From the IMG/VR virus record IMGVR_UViG_3300042558_005646: a stretch of 64,000 nucleotides of DNA, one strand, 5' to 3'. Below are positions 1 to 8,645 of the stretch, one piece after another. A program made the position numbers and the translations under genes. The notes beneath the pieces were generated by a model. The model made no database searches. It was not told where the DNA came from and saw nothing but the letters and a program-made list of their open reading frames with translations. The stretch is from a virus. Positions within the stretch are counted from its first letter, which is position 1. Every line of letters begins with the position of its first letter.

Positions 1-223
1 TCATTATAGCAGCTGTAATTTTCTTTATGTATGATTGCGAATATCTCGGTTGAACAAGTTTGATAAATTTAGAAATTTTTTCTTTTTTATCAAGTTTATC
101 CTTTGATGTTGATACGGAAACTTTCGCATCTTGATGGTATGGTTTCGGTGGTAATTTTACTACTCTCATACTTGTTAGTAAAAGAATAATAGAGATTACT
201 ACCTGACTGATTACCTCAATCAT
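1..223 (-). CDS. Partial gene running off the left edge; N-terminal hydrophobic anchor (MIEVISQVVISIILLLTSM...)
   Basis: Manual translation: AAGGAG SD, ATG at 223, frame open to position 1. Not in the ORF track. Function unknown. Confidence 0.6.
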   Translation of the reverse strand, partial: MIEVISQVVISIILLLTSMRVVKLPPKPYHQDAKVSVSTSKDKLDKKEKISKFIKLVQPRYSQSYIKKITAAIM

Positions 224-257
224 TGTCATCTCCTTTTCATTTCAAGCAGGAAATCAC

Positions 258-285
258 TTGAAACTTTTTATAATTAGATTATAGT
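258..285 (+). promoter_or_regulatory. Candidate sigma70 promoter (TTGAAA-N16-TATAGT) in a divergent intergenic region
   Basis: TTGAAA at 258-263 and TATAGT at 280-285, upstream of the ATG at 309. Confidence 0.35.
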
Positions 286-308
286 GTTTTTTATTTTTGG
301 AAATACAT

Positions 309-611
309 ATGAACCCAATTGACTCAATGAAATCTTATCATACCGTTCCACAAAATGCGCCGAAGCAAAAAATAAATTTGATGCGTCAGTGCGAAGTGTG
401 TATGTCTCAAGTACCTATGAACAGTGGCTTGTTTTTCTACTTGCCACAATATGCAGAGTACGCAAGTTGGCAACAAGATCGTGTTGGCAAAAAGGTTTGT
501 ATTTCGTGTTTACCTCCTCAAATTCAGAAACAATTAACTGAAAAAAATGTCACTGCATCAAAGAATGATTATATTGACAATATTTTTTCAGAAATATTTA
601 GGGCAGAATAA
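309..611 (+). CDS. Hypothetical protein with CxxC...CxxC zinc-finger signature
   Basis: CEVC and CISC motifs; ATG at 309 preferred over TTG at 297. Confidence 0.6.
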   Translation: MNPIDSMKSYHTVPQNAPKQKINLMRQCEVCMSQVPMNSGLFFYLPQYAEYASWQQDRVGKKVCISCLPPQIQKQLTEKNVTASKNDYIDNIFSEIFRAE

Positions 612-886
612 TGAATTATAGCAAATTGGCTCAAATAATGCAAGAATTAGAAGAAAATGGCTTCGAAGAAGAAGCTACAAATCTTGCAGATGCTATAGAA
701 ACAGAAGCTAGCCCAGATCAAATTTTTTCAAATGCTGATATTATGTCGGAAATGGATGACATTATAGGTGGAATTTTGTATCATTTAAGCTTAGATAACA
801 ATCTTAAGTTTGTTGATAATAATTTGACAGCACAAAGCGTTAATGATATTAAAAGAAGTATAGAAAGTATCGTTAAATCTGCTTAA
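611..886 (+). CDS. Acidic hypothetical protein carrying the shared N-terminal KLAQ...LEENG..EA motif (putative virion protein)
   Basis: TAATG coupling; MNYSKLAQIMQELEENGFEEEATNLADAI resembles the N-termini of the 3442 and 9599 proteins. Confidence 0.6.
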   Translation: MNYSKLAQIMQELEENGFEEEATNLADAIETEASPDQIFSNADIMSEMDDIIGGILYHLSLDNNLKFVDNNLTAQSVNDIKRSIESIVKSA

Positions 887-1113
887 TGATATTTATGTTT
901 TTTGTAATCTTCTAAACAAGATTCAGGCACTTCTTTTATTCTGCAATCTTCACAATTTGTAGAAAGATGCATAACATAATCATCCCAAGTTTTCAATTCT
1001 TTCTTTTCTGGGCGTGAAAATTTATATCTATTTTTCAAACCAGGCAAATACAATTCATCTTTTAAGAAAAAACTTTGCCCACATTTTTCACAATAACAAG
1101 CTACAGTTGGCAT
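883..1113 (-). CDS. Small Cys-rich (Zn-ribbon-like) hypothetical protein
   Basis: Start reassigned to MPTVACYCEKCG at 1113 (TAATG overlap with the upstream stop); CEKC and CEDC pairs. Confidence 0.55.
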   Translation of the reverse strand: MPTVACYCEKCGQSFFLKDELYLPGLKNRYKFSRPEKKELKTWDDYVMHLSTNCEDCRIKEVPESCLEDYKKHKYH

Positions 1114-1568
1114 TACTTTACAAAATCCGATACAGTTTTGCCAGTAAATAATTGAAGCACAGTTAAGAAAGCAATAACTCCACCAATTGTCCACATAATT
1201 CTGTTTATTGTGTTTTTTACATCCCAATAGATTTTCTTCATACTCTTGATATCTTCTTTGACTTCAGAGATATCAGAACCAAAATCAGAAATTTGCGCAG
1301 TGTATTCAAGAGTTGCTTCTTCAATGTCAGAATCTCTTTTAACTTGTGCTGTTTGGAAATTTTCAAATAATCTTTCTAAAACTGCATAATCTTTAGAAAG
1401 TTTTTTAAATTCATCTTCGGATAATAATTTTAAAGATTCTACACGAGCTAATATTTCTTTTTGATTTGTAAGAATATTGATGAGGGCCATATTAAAATCT
1501 AAATATGCCTCTGTCTGTGCTTTATAAACGCTCTTAAGTTGTTCTAATCCGACTTCGTTATCTTGCAT
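1113..1568 (-). CDS. Coiled-coil protein with a C-terminal transmembrane helix (holin/XhlA-like topology)
   Basis: GGAG SD before ATG at 1568; heptad-rich body; IMWTIGGVIAFLTVLQLF hydrophobic tail. Confidence 0.55.
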   Translation of the reverse strand: MQDNEVGLEQLKSVYKAQTEAYLDFNMALINILTNQKEILARVESLKLLSEDEFKKLSKDYAVLERLFENFQTAQVKRDSDIEEATLEYTAQISDFGSDISEVKEDIKSMKKIYWDVKNTINRIMWTIGGVIAFLTVLQLFTGKTVSDFVK

Positions 1569-1580
1569 TGTATCCTCCAA

Positions 1581-1907
1581 TTAAAGAGCAGAGAGAACTT
1601 GTCGTAATTTCTTTGAGGATTCTGAAAGTTTTACAATAGTGTCATCAACAGTTTCAAGAATAAATAATTTGCTTTTTGTGCCGTGATTTATATCTTTTTG
1701 TTTCAAACTGTATCTTTGATCTCTAAATTGTATATATGATGCTGATAGATAATTTTTTATGTCAAGACCTTTCATAAAAAGTTCTCGTGCTTTGTCATTC
1801 ATTATCAGGTTTTTATTGTCATCTAAAATATAAGCTGCACAACTAAAGGTATCAAGAAGACCACAAATTAAATTTGATGAGTTGTTGCATTCTATATTTT
1901 GTTCCAT
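1581..1907 (-). CDS. Hypothetical protein with a PAS-like N-terminal pattern
   Basis: LLDTFSCAAYILDDNKNLIMNDKARELF resembles the start of a PAS fold; weak. Confidence 0.45.
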   Translation of the reverse strand: MEQNIECNNSSNLICGLLDTFSCAAYILDDNKNLIMNDKARELFMKGLDIKNYLSASYIQFRDQRYSLKQKDINHGTKSKLFILETVDDTIVKLSESSKKLRQVLSAL

Positions 1908-1918
1908 TCAATTATGCC

Positions 1919-2662
1919 TCAAAGAAAGATTCTATTATAATATTCTTCAAAGACTTGATAACTCTCCTCGTCTTCCATTACGATGAAAATATTCTTAATA
2001 TTTGATTCTTTGGCTGATTGTAAATAGGTCTTGATAGCAGCTAATTGAACTCTAGCAGCATCATTGATATCGTGAGTGCCACAATCAGCAGGTATGAAAA
2101 GTACATTTCTGGCTTGTTCTTCATCTGCTAAAAACAAAGCTTTTCTCATTGCAGATTTGAGATCCACTTCATTTACAAGCCTACTTTCTCCAGACACTGT
2201 AGCGTGATAAATTTTTCTAGATTTGACTTTAGAATTTTCACCACCGTTTGAAGTAATGTAAACAGTTCCCATATTAATAGGTTTTTGAAATCTGTCAAGC
2301 TCATTTTGAACAACACCACGAGACATTTTATTGAGTAAAGGATCATCAATAGTAAGACCAATATTAGTAGGGTAAACTAAAACATCAGCCTTGACAAGAT
2401 AAGGATTTTCTATCTTATGAATACTAATTTTTGTTTTATTATCAATTATTGGTTCTGGAGTTGGTTCTGGTTCTGGGGAGGATTGTTCTTCAATTTGATG
2501 TTTAAAAGTGCATAAATTACGATTGCCTTGACAATCTTTACCCCAAGATTCTATTACAACATCAAGCTGAATTTTAGCGATAAATGAAGATAATCTTGGG
2601 TTTGATAATACTTTTACTAAACAATCACCAGATGATAAATAAACTGGACATAATTCTGACAT
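1919..2662 (-). CDS. Macro domain (Appr-1''-p processing-like) protein, degenerate
   Basis: KADVLVYPTN...MGTVYITSNG...SRKIYHAT...LKSAMRKALFLADEEQARNVLFIP..GT follows the macro-domain scaffold after a PEPEPTPEP linker. Confidence 0.7.
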   Translation of the reverse strand: MSELCPVYLSSGDCLVKVLSNPRLSSFIAKIQLDVVIESWGKDCQGNRNLCTFKHQIEEQSSPEPEPTPEPIIDNKTKISIHKIENPYLVKADVLVYPTNIGLTIDDPLLNKMSRGVVQNELDRFQKPINMGTVYITSNGGENSKVKSRKIYHATVSGESRLVNEVDLKSAMRKALFLADEEQARNVLFIPADCGTHDINDAARVQLAAIKTYLQSAKESNIKNIFIVMEDEESYQVFEEYYNRIFL

Positions 2663-2680
2663 ATAAATTTTGTACAGAAT

Positions 2681-3442
2681 CTAAATATTGAAATTAAATT
2701 TTGCTTGAAATGGCTTGAATTTAGGATCTTTAATAATTTTTTCGTATTGAACTGGATCGTGATATCTTAAATTTTCTATTGCAGATTTTGCAGCAGTATT
2801 TATACTCTGTGTAATTTTTGCTGAATGTTGAGGATATTTTGAAGCAAGGTTATAAAATGGGTTTAATCTCATAAGCCATTCATTAATTGGAAATCTTGTC
2901 AAAATATTAGATAATTGGCCAGTTAATGCGCCTGGGAAAGTATCATTCAAAAATGATTGCTGAACTTCTTTGGCAACTCCAGGATTCAAGAACTGGTCTA
3001 CAAGCTTTGCAAAACTTGTCATACCTGCATTTGATAAATTTTCATAATTTGTGGCTTTTAAACCACCTCTAAGTTGCATTTGTGCAAGATACTCTCTGCC
3101 TTTTTCAGTTTTTGATAATTCAGCTAATTGAGCAGGAGTAATTGTAGGCAATATACCTGGAGCATTTGGACCCATTTTGGATTTGTAAGGTGAAAAACGA
3201 TCATACATTCCACCTCCAGCAAATTGTGATCCAGCTGCTGTATCGCTCATGTTTTGAAACATTGAGTCAATAAATGGATTTCCAGTTACAGGCGATGATG
3301 TAGGCTGATATTCACTTGGCAAAGTTGGAAGTAAACTTTGAGAAGTCTTAATGAAATTATCAACTTTATCAGATAAAGAGTACTTACCCTTTGTATCTAA
3401 TAACTTTGCAATTTCAAATAATTTATTTATATTGTATGCCAT
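2681..3442 (-). CDS. Hypothetical protein with the shared N-terminal motif (putative internal head protein)
   Basis: IAKLLDTKGKYSLSDKVDNFIKTSQ. Confidence 0.7.
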   Translation of the reverse strand: MAYNINKLFEIAKLLDTKGKYSLSDKVDNFIKTSQSLLPTLPSEYQPTSSPVTGNPFIDSMFQNMSDTAAGSQFAGGGMYDRFSPYKSKMGPNAPGILPTITPAQLAELSKTEKGREYLAQMQLRGGLKATNYENLSNAGMTSFAKLVDQFLNPGVAKEVQQSFLNDTFPGALTGQLSNILTRFPINEWLMRLNPFYNLASKYPQHSAKITQSINTAAKSAIENLRYHDPVQYEKIIKDPKFKPFQAKFNFNI

Positions 3443-4103
3443 TTTTATTTAGAAAATTACTCAACGGAGCTATCAATTTTTCATAATTTGATAATATGTT
3501 AATCATTGTTTGTTGTTTGTCTACTTGTGAAAGATCTGATCTTTTTGCAACTCTTGCCATGTCTTTAATAACATCTTCAATAGTCCACTTTGGAACGATT
3601 CTTTCTAATTCTTTAGCTTTTGATACTTGAGAAGTTTTTACAAATTTAGAATTAGTATTTTGAGCTTCTTTCTTTTCTTCTGGATACAATTGTTCTTCCA
3701 TGGCTTTATATCTTCCTGATGTCTCTGGTAAATTTATATTTTCCAAACTTTTTATTGGTTTTCCGTCTACATCCTTAAGGTCTTTTGGAGGATTCTTCTT
3801 AAACTTTTTCACTTCCTCCATAATTTTTGGATCTAAAAGTTCATGTGCGCCTTGTGAGTGAGAGGTATTATTGTAGCCTCTGTCTTTATCATATTCTAAA
3901 GCATGGTAAAAAGCTGATGGAGAATATCTGTCTGTAAAACCAGGAAATAAAGCTGCTATAAATTGTAAGTTTCTCGAGATGTTCTTTTTATTTAAGAATT
4001 CATCCATATCTTTAGCATCCATAAACTGACTAAACAAACCTGCCATGCCAGCATTGCCTGGTAGCTTGGCGGGAATCGCTGCAATTTTTCTAAATTTACT
4101 CAT
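3423..4103 (-). CDS. Hypothetical protein with KIAA and KTSQ motifs (putative virion protein)
   Basis: 226-aa ORF overlapping both neighbours; MSKFRKIAA and KFVKTSQ. Confidence 0.7.
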   Translation of the reverse strand: MSKFRKIAAIPAKLPGNAGMAGLFSQFMDAKDMDEFLNKKNISRNLQFIAALFPGFTDRYSPSAFYHALEYDKDRGYNNTSHSQGAHELLDPKIMEEVKKFKKNPPKDLKDVDGKPIKSLENINLPETSGRYKAMEEQLYPEEKKEAQNTNSKFVKTSQVSKAKELERIVPKWTIEDVIKDMARVAKRSDLSQVDKQQTMINILSNYEKLIAPLSNFLNKNGIQYK

Positions 4104-5035
4104 GCTGAAAGACCTCTCAAGAATCTCTTTATTTTTTGGTATGTTGCTTTATCTTTTTCAAATTGCTGATTAATTTCAGATTGTTGCATTTCGTTTAAGT
4201 CTTTTTGTTCATATTGTTTGAAAAATTTATGATTTCTTGCTTTTTGAACAATCATATCAAGTTGAGGGTAAATTAAATTTTCTGGAAATTCATCAGCATC
4301 AACATCAGACGAAACTAAAATATTTATTAAAGGATACATTTTTATTATAAGATTTTTTATTTGGACTTTGCTTGGTTCAAAAGTTTTCGGATCAAATTCT
4401 GGATTGTGAACACTCATGTCATACATAAATTGAATAATCTTGGGAGAAGAATACAAATATGCAAAAGTTTTTTTACTTAATATTTCATTTACTTCTGTAT
4501 CAATACTAGCAATTTTAGACAACCAATCTACCAAACTTCCATCAAACCAACCTGAAAAAATTCTGTCTTTTTCTTTTTTAAAATATTTTTCAAATAAATA
4601 TTTCTGATATTCATTAGTGTCATCAACGGAAACAGTTTTACTTAATCTAGGGTCAGATGAATCAAATTCAGTATCTTTCCCAGCATATGGATTATAAGAT
4701 GTGAAAGGAGTATTGTAACCTTCAGGTTTTGTCTCAAATCTCCATTTTGCACGTTCAGAAACTGCGTCAAATAAATCACTATTTACATCTTTCATAGACA
4801 GATTGCCACTTCCTCTAAAAGGGGAGACAATTACATCAGAGAATCCTGCAGTTGTAAATGCTAATTTCCACTGATCTGCTGTCTCAATACCTCTCACAGT
4901 AATGAAAGTATCGATTGTACCTAGCTTATCTTTTGCTTTAATCATAAAAGCTTGATTGATTGCAGCAATTTTGCAAACATAATTATTCTCTTCTGTTAAC
5001 CTTACTGCAAGCTTAATAATTTCATGATTTTCCAT
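4100..5035 (-). CDS. Hypothetical protein
   Basis: 311-aa ORF with ATGA coupling to the next gene; IIKLAV and CKIAA near the N-terminus. Confidence 0.7.
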   Translation of the reverse strand: MENHEIIKLAVRLTEENNYVCKIAAINQAFMIKAKDKLGTIDTFITVRGIETADQWKLAFTTAGFSDVIVSPFRGSGNLSMKDVNSDLFDAVSERAKWRFETKPEGYNTPFTSYNPYAGKDTEFDSSDPRLSKTVSVDDTNEYQKYLFEKYFKKEKDRIFSGWFDGSLVDWLSKIASIDTEVNEILSKKTFAYLYSSPKIIQFMYDMSVHNPEFDPKTFEPSKVQIKNLIIKMYPLINILVSSDVDADEFPENLIYPQLDMIVQKARNHKFFKQYEQKDLNEMQQSEINQQFEKDKATYQKIKRFLRGLSA

Positions 5036-5070
5036 GTTATTAAATTACTAGATGTCAAAATAGACAACCT

Positions 5071-6423
5071 TTATTCAAGTGTGTATAATTTTGGATTTGA
5101 TACACAACCTTTAGATATAGAAACCTTTTTTACTTGGCTGTGTTGTAATCCCAATAAATCAAATGCTGCACTTGATAATGAAGCCTTTACTATAGAATTT
5201 AACGCTCTAGTTCCAGTGCCAGACTTGATGGCTTTTTCAACTACTTCATCATAATATTCTTCATCGAACATCAATTCAACATTAGATTCAGCAAACATAA
5301 TTTGATTCTTAATTATTGGAGAGTCTTCAAGTTGCAACAAGCAATATAGCATTTGTTCTTTTGATAAAGGAACCAAAGGAACTATGCTCTGAATTCGGCC
5401 AACGAACTCTGTAGACATGCCATATTCAATCAAACTTTCACTCAAAATTTCGTGTGAAGCTTTTTCATAAATTTCATAATTTTTTATTTGAGTCTCATAA
5501 TCAGCACTTTTTGTATTTCTGAATCCTATAGATCCTTCAGTGAGACCTAGCTTCTTAGCAACAATCTTTTCCAGCCCGTTAAAAGCGCCTCCAAAACAAA
5601 ATAAAATACTAGATGTATCGACTACTACTGGAGGAGAGCCTTGTTCTCCTAAAGCAGACGAATTTACCTTTATTTTTTTGCCTTCTATCAACTTCAAAAG
5701 AGTGCTTTGTGTTGAATAATGAAAGCTTTCTAATCTTGTTGCTGAACTCATATTGGAAGCAAGCTTATCAATTTCATCAATGAAAACGACACCTTTTTCC
5801 GCAAGGCCAGGTTCACCATTTGCTTTTATCAATAAATCAGTAATTACAGAGTCTGAATCAGATCCTTGAAAGCCTGTTGGAGAAAAAGATGTTGCATCTC
5901 CGGAAACATAAGGCACATCTAAAAACTTAGAAATTGTATTAACAATCAAAGTTTTTCCACTACCAGAAGGACCAAGAAACAAAATATTTTGCTTATCATT
6001 TAGTCTAGTATGCATGATATTTCTCATATGTTCAAACACAGCTATACTAATTCGCTTCTTTGCGTTATCTTGCCCAACAACTTTTTTGTCTAAATTTTCA
6101 TAAAGATCTTGTGGAGTAACTTTCTTAAAAATATTCTGTCTTCTTTCAAATAAGAACTTTTTAGATAGTGGAGCTACTTCAGCTAACTTTTCTTTCAAAC
6201 TAAGAATAGGAGCATCATCTTCAGCATTGATTATCAATGACATGATGTTTTGATGAATTTGAAGCTGTCCAAATTTATTTCCAGTTTTGTAGCTCTTGAA
6301 ACATTGATCACAAAGATAAATTTTTGCAATTTTGTACTCAAATATTTCTAATTCGCCTAATACATCTTTGGTGGCCGGTCTATCGCAAAAATTACAAGCG
6401 TGAACTAATGTCTTATTACCCAT
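5071..6423 (-). CDS. clpX: ClpX-family AAA+ unfoldase with N-terminal C4 zinc-binding domain
   Basis: CNFC...LCDQC; LDKKVVGQDNAKKRISIAV; Walker A GPSGSGKT; Walker B VFIDEIDK; IGF loop; EFVGR; GTRAL; AGGAGG SD. Confidence 0.92.
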   Translation of the reverse strand: MGNKTLVHACNFCDRPATKDVLGELEIFEYKIAKIYLCDQCFKSYKTGNKFGQLQIHQNIMSLIINAEDDAPILSLKEKLAEVAPLSKKFLFERRQNIFKKVTPQDLYENLDKKVVGQDNAKKRISIAVFEHMRNIMHTRLNDKQNILFLGPSGSGKTLIVNTISKFLDVPYVSGDATSFSPTGFQGSDSDSVITDLLIKANGEPGLAEKGVVFIDEIDKLASNMSSATRLESFHYSTQSTLLKLIEGKKIKVNSSALGEQGSPPVVVDTSSILFCFGGAFNGLEKIVAKKLGLTEGSIGFRNTKSADYETQIKNYEIYEKASHEILSESLIEYGMSTEFVGRIQSIVPLVPLSKEQMLYCLLQLEDSPIIKNQIMFAESNVELMFDEEYYDEVVEKAIKSGTGTRALNSIVKASLSSAAFDLLGLQHSQVKKVSISKGCVSNPKLYTLE

Positions 6424-6507
6424 ATGTTTCCCTCCTAAATATTATACATATAGGTAGGATATAAGTGAGTCTACAAATAATAATATATTCGTTTTGGAGG
6501 AAAAAAT

Positions 6508-6741
6508 ATGGCAACAGTTGATAATAATTCACAAAATAGGGGTAATGGAAAATGGAAAATTCAAACCTACAATCCATCAGCACTTATAGGACCAATTGAG
6601 GGTGTTCTTTTAGTGAATAAAGATTTTTACACTATATTCAAAGATGAGAAGATGGTGATATGTTTATTCAATGTCCCAAGCCAAAATGTTGCTTTTGCAT
6701 ATAACGAAATTCACGTACAAAATTTAGATATAAGTAAATAA
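6508..6741 (+). CDS. Hypothetical protein
   Basis: 77-aa ORF with GGAGG SD, divergent from clpX. Confidence 0.7.
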   Translation: MATVDNNSQNRGNGKWKIQTYNPSALIGPIEGVLLVNKDFYTIFKDEKMVICLFNVPSQNVAFAYNEIHVQNLDISK

Positions 6742-6743
6742 TT

Positions 6744-7007
6744 ATGAGTACTGAACCAGATCCGCAACAACCAACTTACGAGATGAAGATCATTAAAATT
6801 GATGGCGAAAATGCTATCAGAAGACTTTGTGCTCTTCAAAAAAATTACAATCCTTCTGAAATCGAAGTTGATAGAAAGTTAAGAAGATTGTTTAAGTATT
6901 TGGATGAAAGCTATGGTTCTATTGCCAACGTGAGATTATATTCAAAAGGAATGAGCTTACAGCCAATCGTCAATGAAGCTGTTTATCATTTATTTGGCAA
7001 AAAATAA
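6744..7007 (+). CDS. Hypothetical protein
   Basis: 87-aa ORF starting 2 nt after the upstream stop. Confidence 0.65.
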   Translation: MSTEPDPQQPTYEMKIIKIDGENAIRRLCALQKNYNPSEIEVDRKLRRLFKYLDESYGSIANVRLYSKGMSLQPIVNEAVYHLFGKK

Positions 7008-7010
7008 TGA

Positions 7011-7613
7011 GTGTTGAATACATTAATTGAAATTTCCAATAAGGTAAATCAATGCTCTCAAAACGATAGATTGGAAATTATTATTAGTTTGAGAGCATTT
7101 TTGTTTGAACACCCTGTACATTATTGGATTAGTTTTGAAAATCATGAGTCTTATGAAGAACAGTTATTTTCATGTCAAAATTTAAATCCTTCAGAAATGA
7201 AGAAAATAAATGAAAATAACATAAGAAAAATTAATTTAAAACCAATAGATTTATTTCTCTTGCCTAAAAATAAAAAACTTCAGTTGATAAGCTTGATTGA
7301 AGAAATTTTTGAAGATTTGCAACTTACTGTTGTGTATGACAAATTGAGACTAAATCCATTTGACAAAGATGATTTACATAATTTTATTTTATGTAATCAA
7401 AATTATTTTTCAAGTAATATTTTGAATATTTACAATTCAAGAAATAAATATGCAAATTATCTTTTGTCAGAAGCAAATATTGAACATCAAATTTATGAAA
7501 CTTGTTTTACATTATCCAGAAAAAATAAAATAATTGACTATTGGATAAATATTTGGGGTCATTCTGCAAACTACAAAGAATCTACTTTGATTGAACATTT
7601 GATCATTAAATGA
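7011..7613 (+). CDS. Hypothetical protein (very AT-rich)
   Basis: 200-aa ORF with GTG start, coupled to the next gene by ATGA. Confidence 0.6.
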   Translation: MLNTLIEISNKVNQCSQNDRLEIIISLRAFLFEHPVHYWISFENHESYEEQLFSCQNLNPSEMKKINENNIRKINLKPIDLFLLPKNKKLQLISLIEEIFEDLQLTVVYDKLRLNPFDKDDLHNFILCNQNYFSSNILNIYNSRNKYANYLLSEANIEHQIYETCFTLSRKNKIIDYWINIWGHSANYKESTLIEHLIIK

Positions 7614-8182
7614 AAGCATATTTAACTTTTGTTCGCAGAAAAGAAGATGATGTCCATATGCTTGGAATCAGTAATCCGTCTAATATTTCTAAAATTATGT
7701 TTATTGGTTTGAGGTCTGGGCAACCAGTTATATCAATAATACAAAACAATAAAATTATTGCTTTTTATATAATTGATGCTGACGGTAATTTATTTCAATT
7801 AATTGGGGACATTGATTATTTGTTTAATTTAAACGAATTACACGATCTATCAATTATGAATCTGCAAAAATATAATACTATTAAATATTTTGTTTCTAAC
7901 TTATTTGAATGTCTTTCAATTCAAGAAGCAAAGCATAATTCAAGCACTTTTGAAGCTATAGAAGAGAAAATTTTTTACAACTTGCTACACATTGAAATTG
8001 ATTTATTTAAAATAAAATCTTTAATTGCAAAAGAAATCATGAAATCTGATTTGCGTATTGACTTAAAAAACAGACTGCTAGCAAATCTGAAATTGGTTAA
8101 GAATCCCAATAAAAAAATATTAAACAAAAAGATTGATATAGATTTATCAGGATATTCTATTAAGATCAATTCCTTTATTTAG
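7610..8182 (+). CDS. Hypothetical protein (very AT-rich)
   Basis: 190-aa ORF whose 3' end overlaps the convergent gene at 8147. Confidence 0.6.
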   Translation: MKAYLTFVRRKEDDVHMLGISNPSNISKIMFIGLRSGQPVISIIQNNKIIAFYIIDADGNLFQLIGDIDYLFNLNELHDLSIMNLQKYNTIKYFVSNLFECLSIQEAKHNSSTFEAIEEKIFYNLLHIEIDLFKIKSLIAKEIMKSDLRIDLKNRLLANLKLVKNPNKKILNKKIDIDLSGYSIKINSFI

Positions 8183-8644
8183 TAATCTCTGCACTTCAGC
8201 TTCATTGAATTTTACAGCTGTTTCATAGCATTTTGGGCAACAATTTTCAGACTTCTGCCAAACTCTTTTACCATCTCTTACGCCAGGAATAGATAAAATT
8301 GGGAAAGTTTCAATTCTACAATGGCAACGATCATGTAATGGTGGCAATTGTATCATTGCTGTAGGATCGTTTTCTATTTTTTCAACATTTTCTTGCAAGT
8401 CTTCTGTTGTAAAATTATCATCACCAGAAGGATCTTCTACTGTAATTTCAAGAGGATTTGGTGGGCCTTCATTCTCACCTAATTGTTCATCTCTTTCTTC
8501 TGGAAGCTCAGTGTCAGGAATTTCCAAAGGTGTTTCTTCTACAGTTGATTCATCTGCATCTTCATCAGCAAATAAATTAAATTTTAAGTCACCAGAAATT
8601 GGCAATCCAAACATGTTATATTTCTTAGCAAATTTATACCACAT
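8147..8644 (-). CDS. Phage head morphogenesis (Mu gpF / SPP1 gp7-like) motif protein
   Basis: LPPLHDRCHCRI matches the PPxHxxCRC signature; acidic N-terminal half. Confidence 0.6.
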   Translation of the reverse strand: MWYKFAKKYNMFGLPISGDLKFNLFADEDADESTVEETPLEIPDTELPEERDEQLGENEGPPNPLEITVEDPSGDDNFTTEDLQENVEKIENDPTAMIQLPPLHDRCHCRIETFPILSIPGVRDGKRVWQKSENCCPKCYETAVKFNEAEVQRLLNKGIDLNRIS

Positions 8645-8645
8645 G

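Noticed and set aside
1113-1227. ORF-track N-terminal extension of the 883 gene, and similar upstream starts (297, 1580, 9602, 19109, 30457, 36334)
   Set aside because: Downstream ATGs have better SD spacing or translational coupling, and the extensions overlap other genes or use unsupported TTG/GTG starts.
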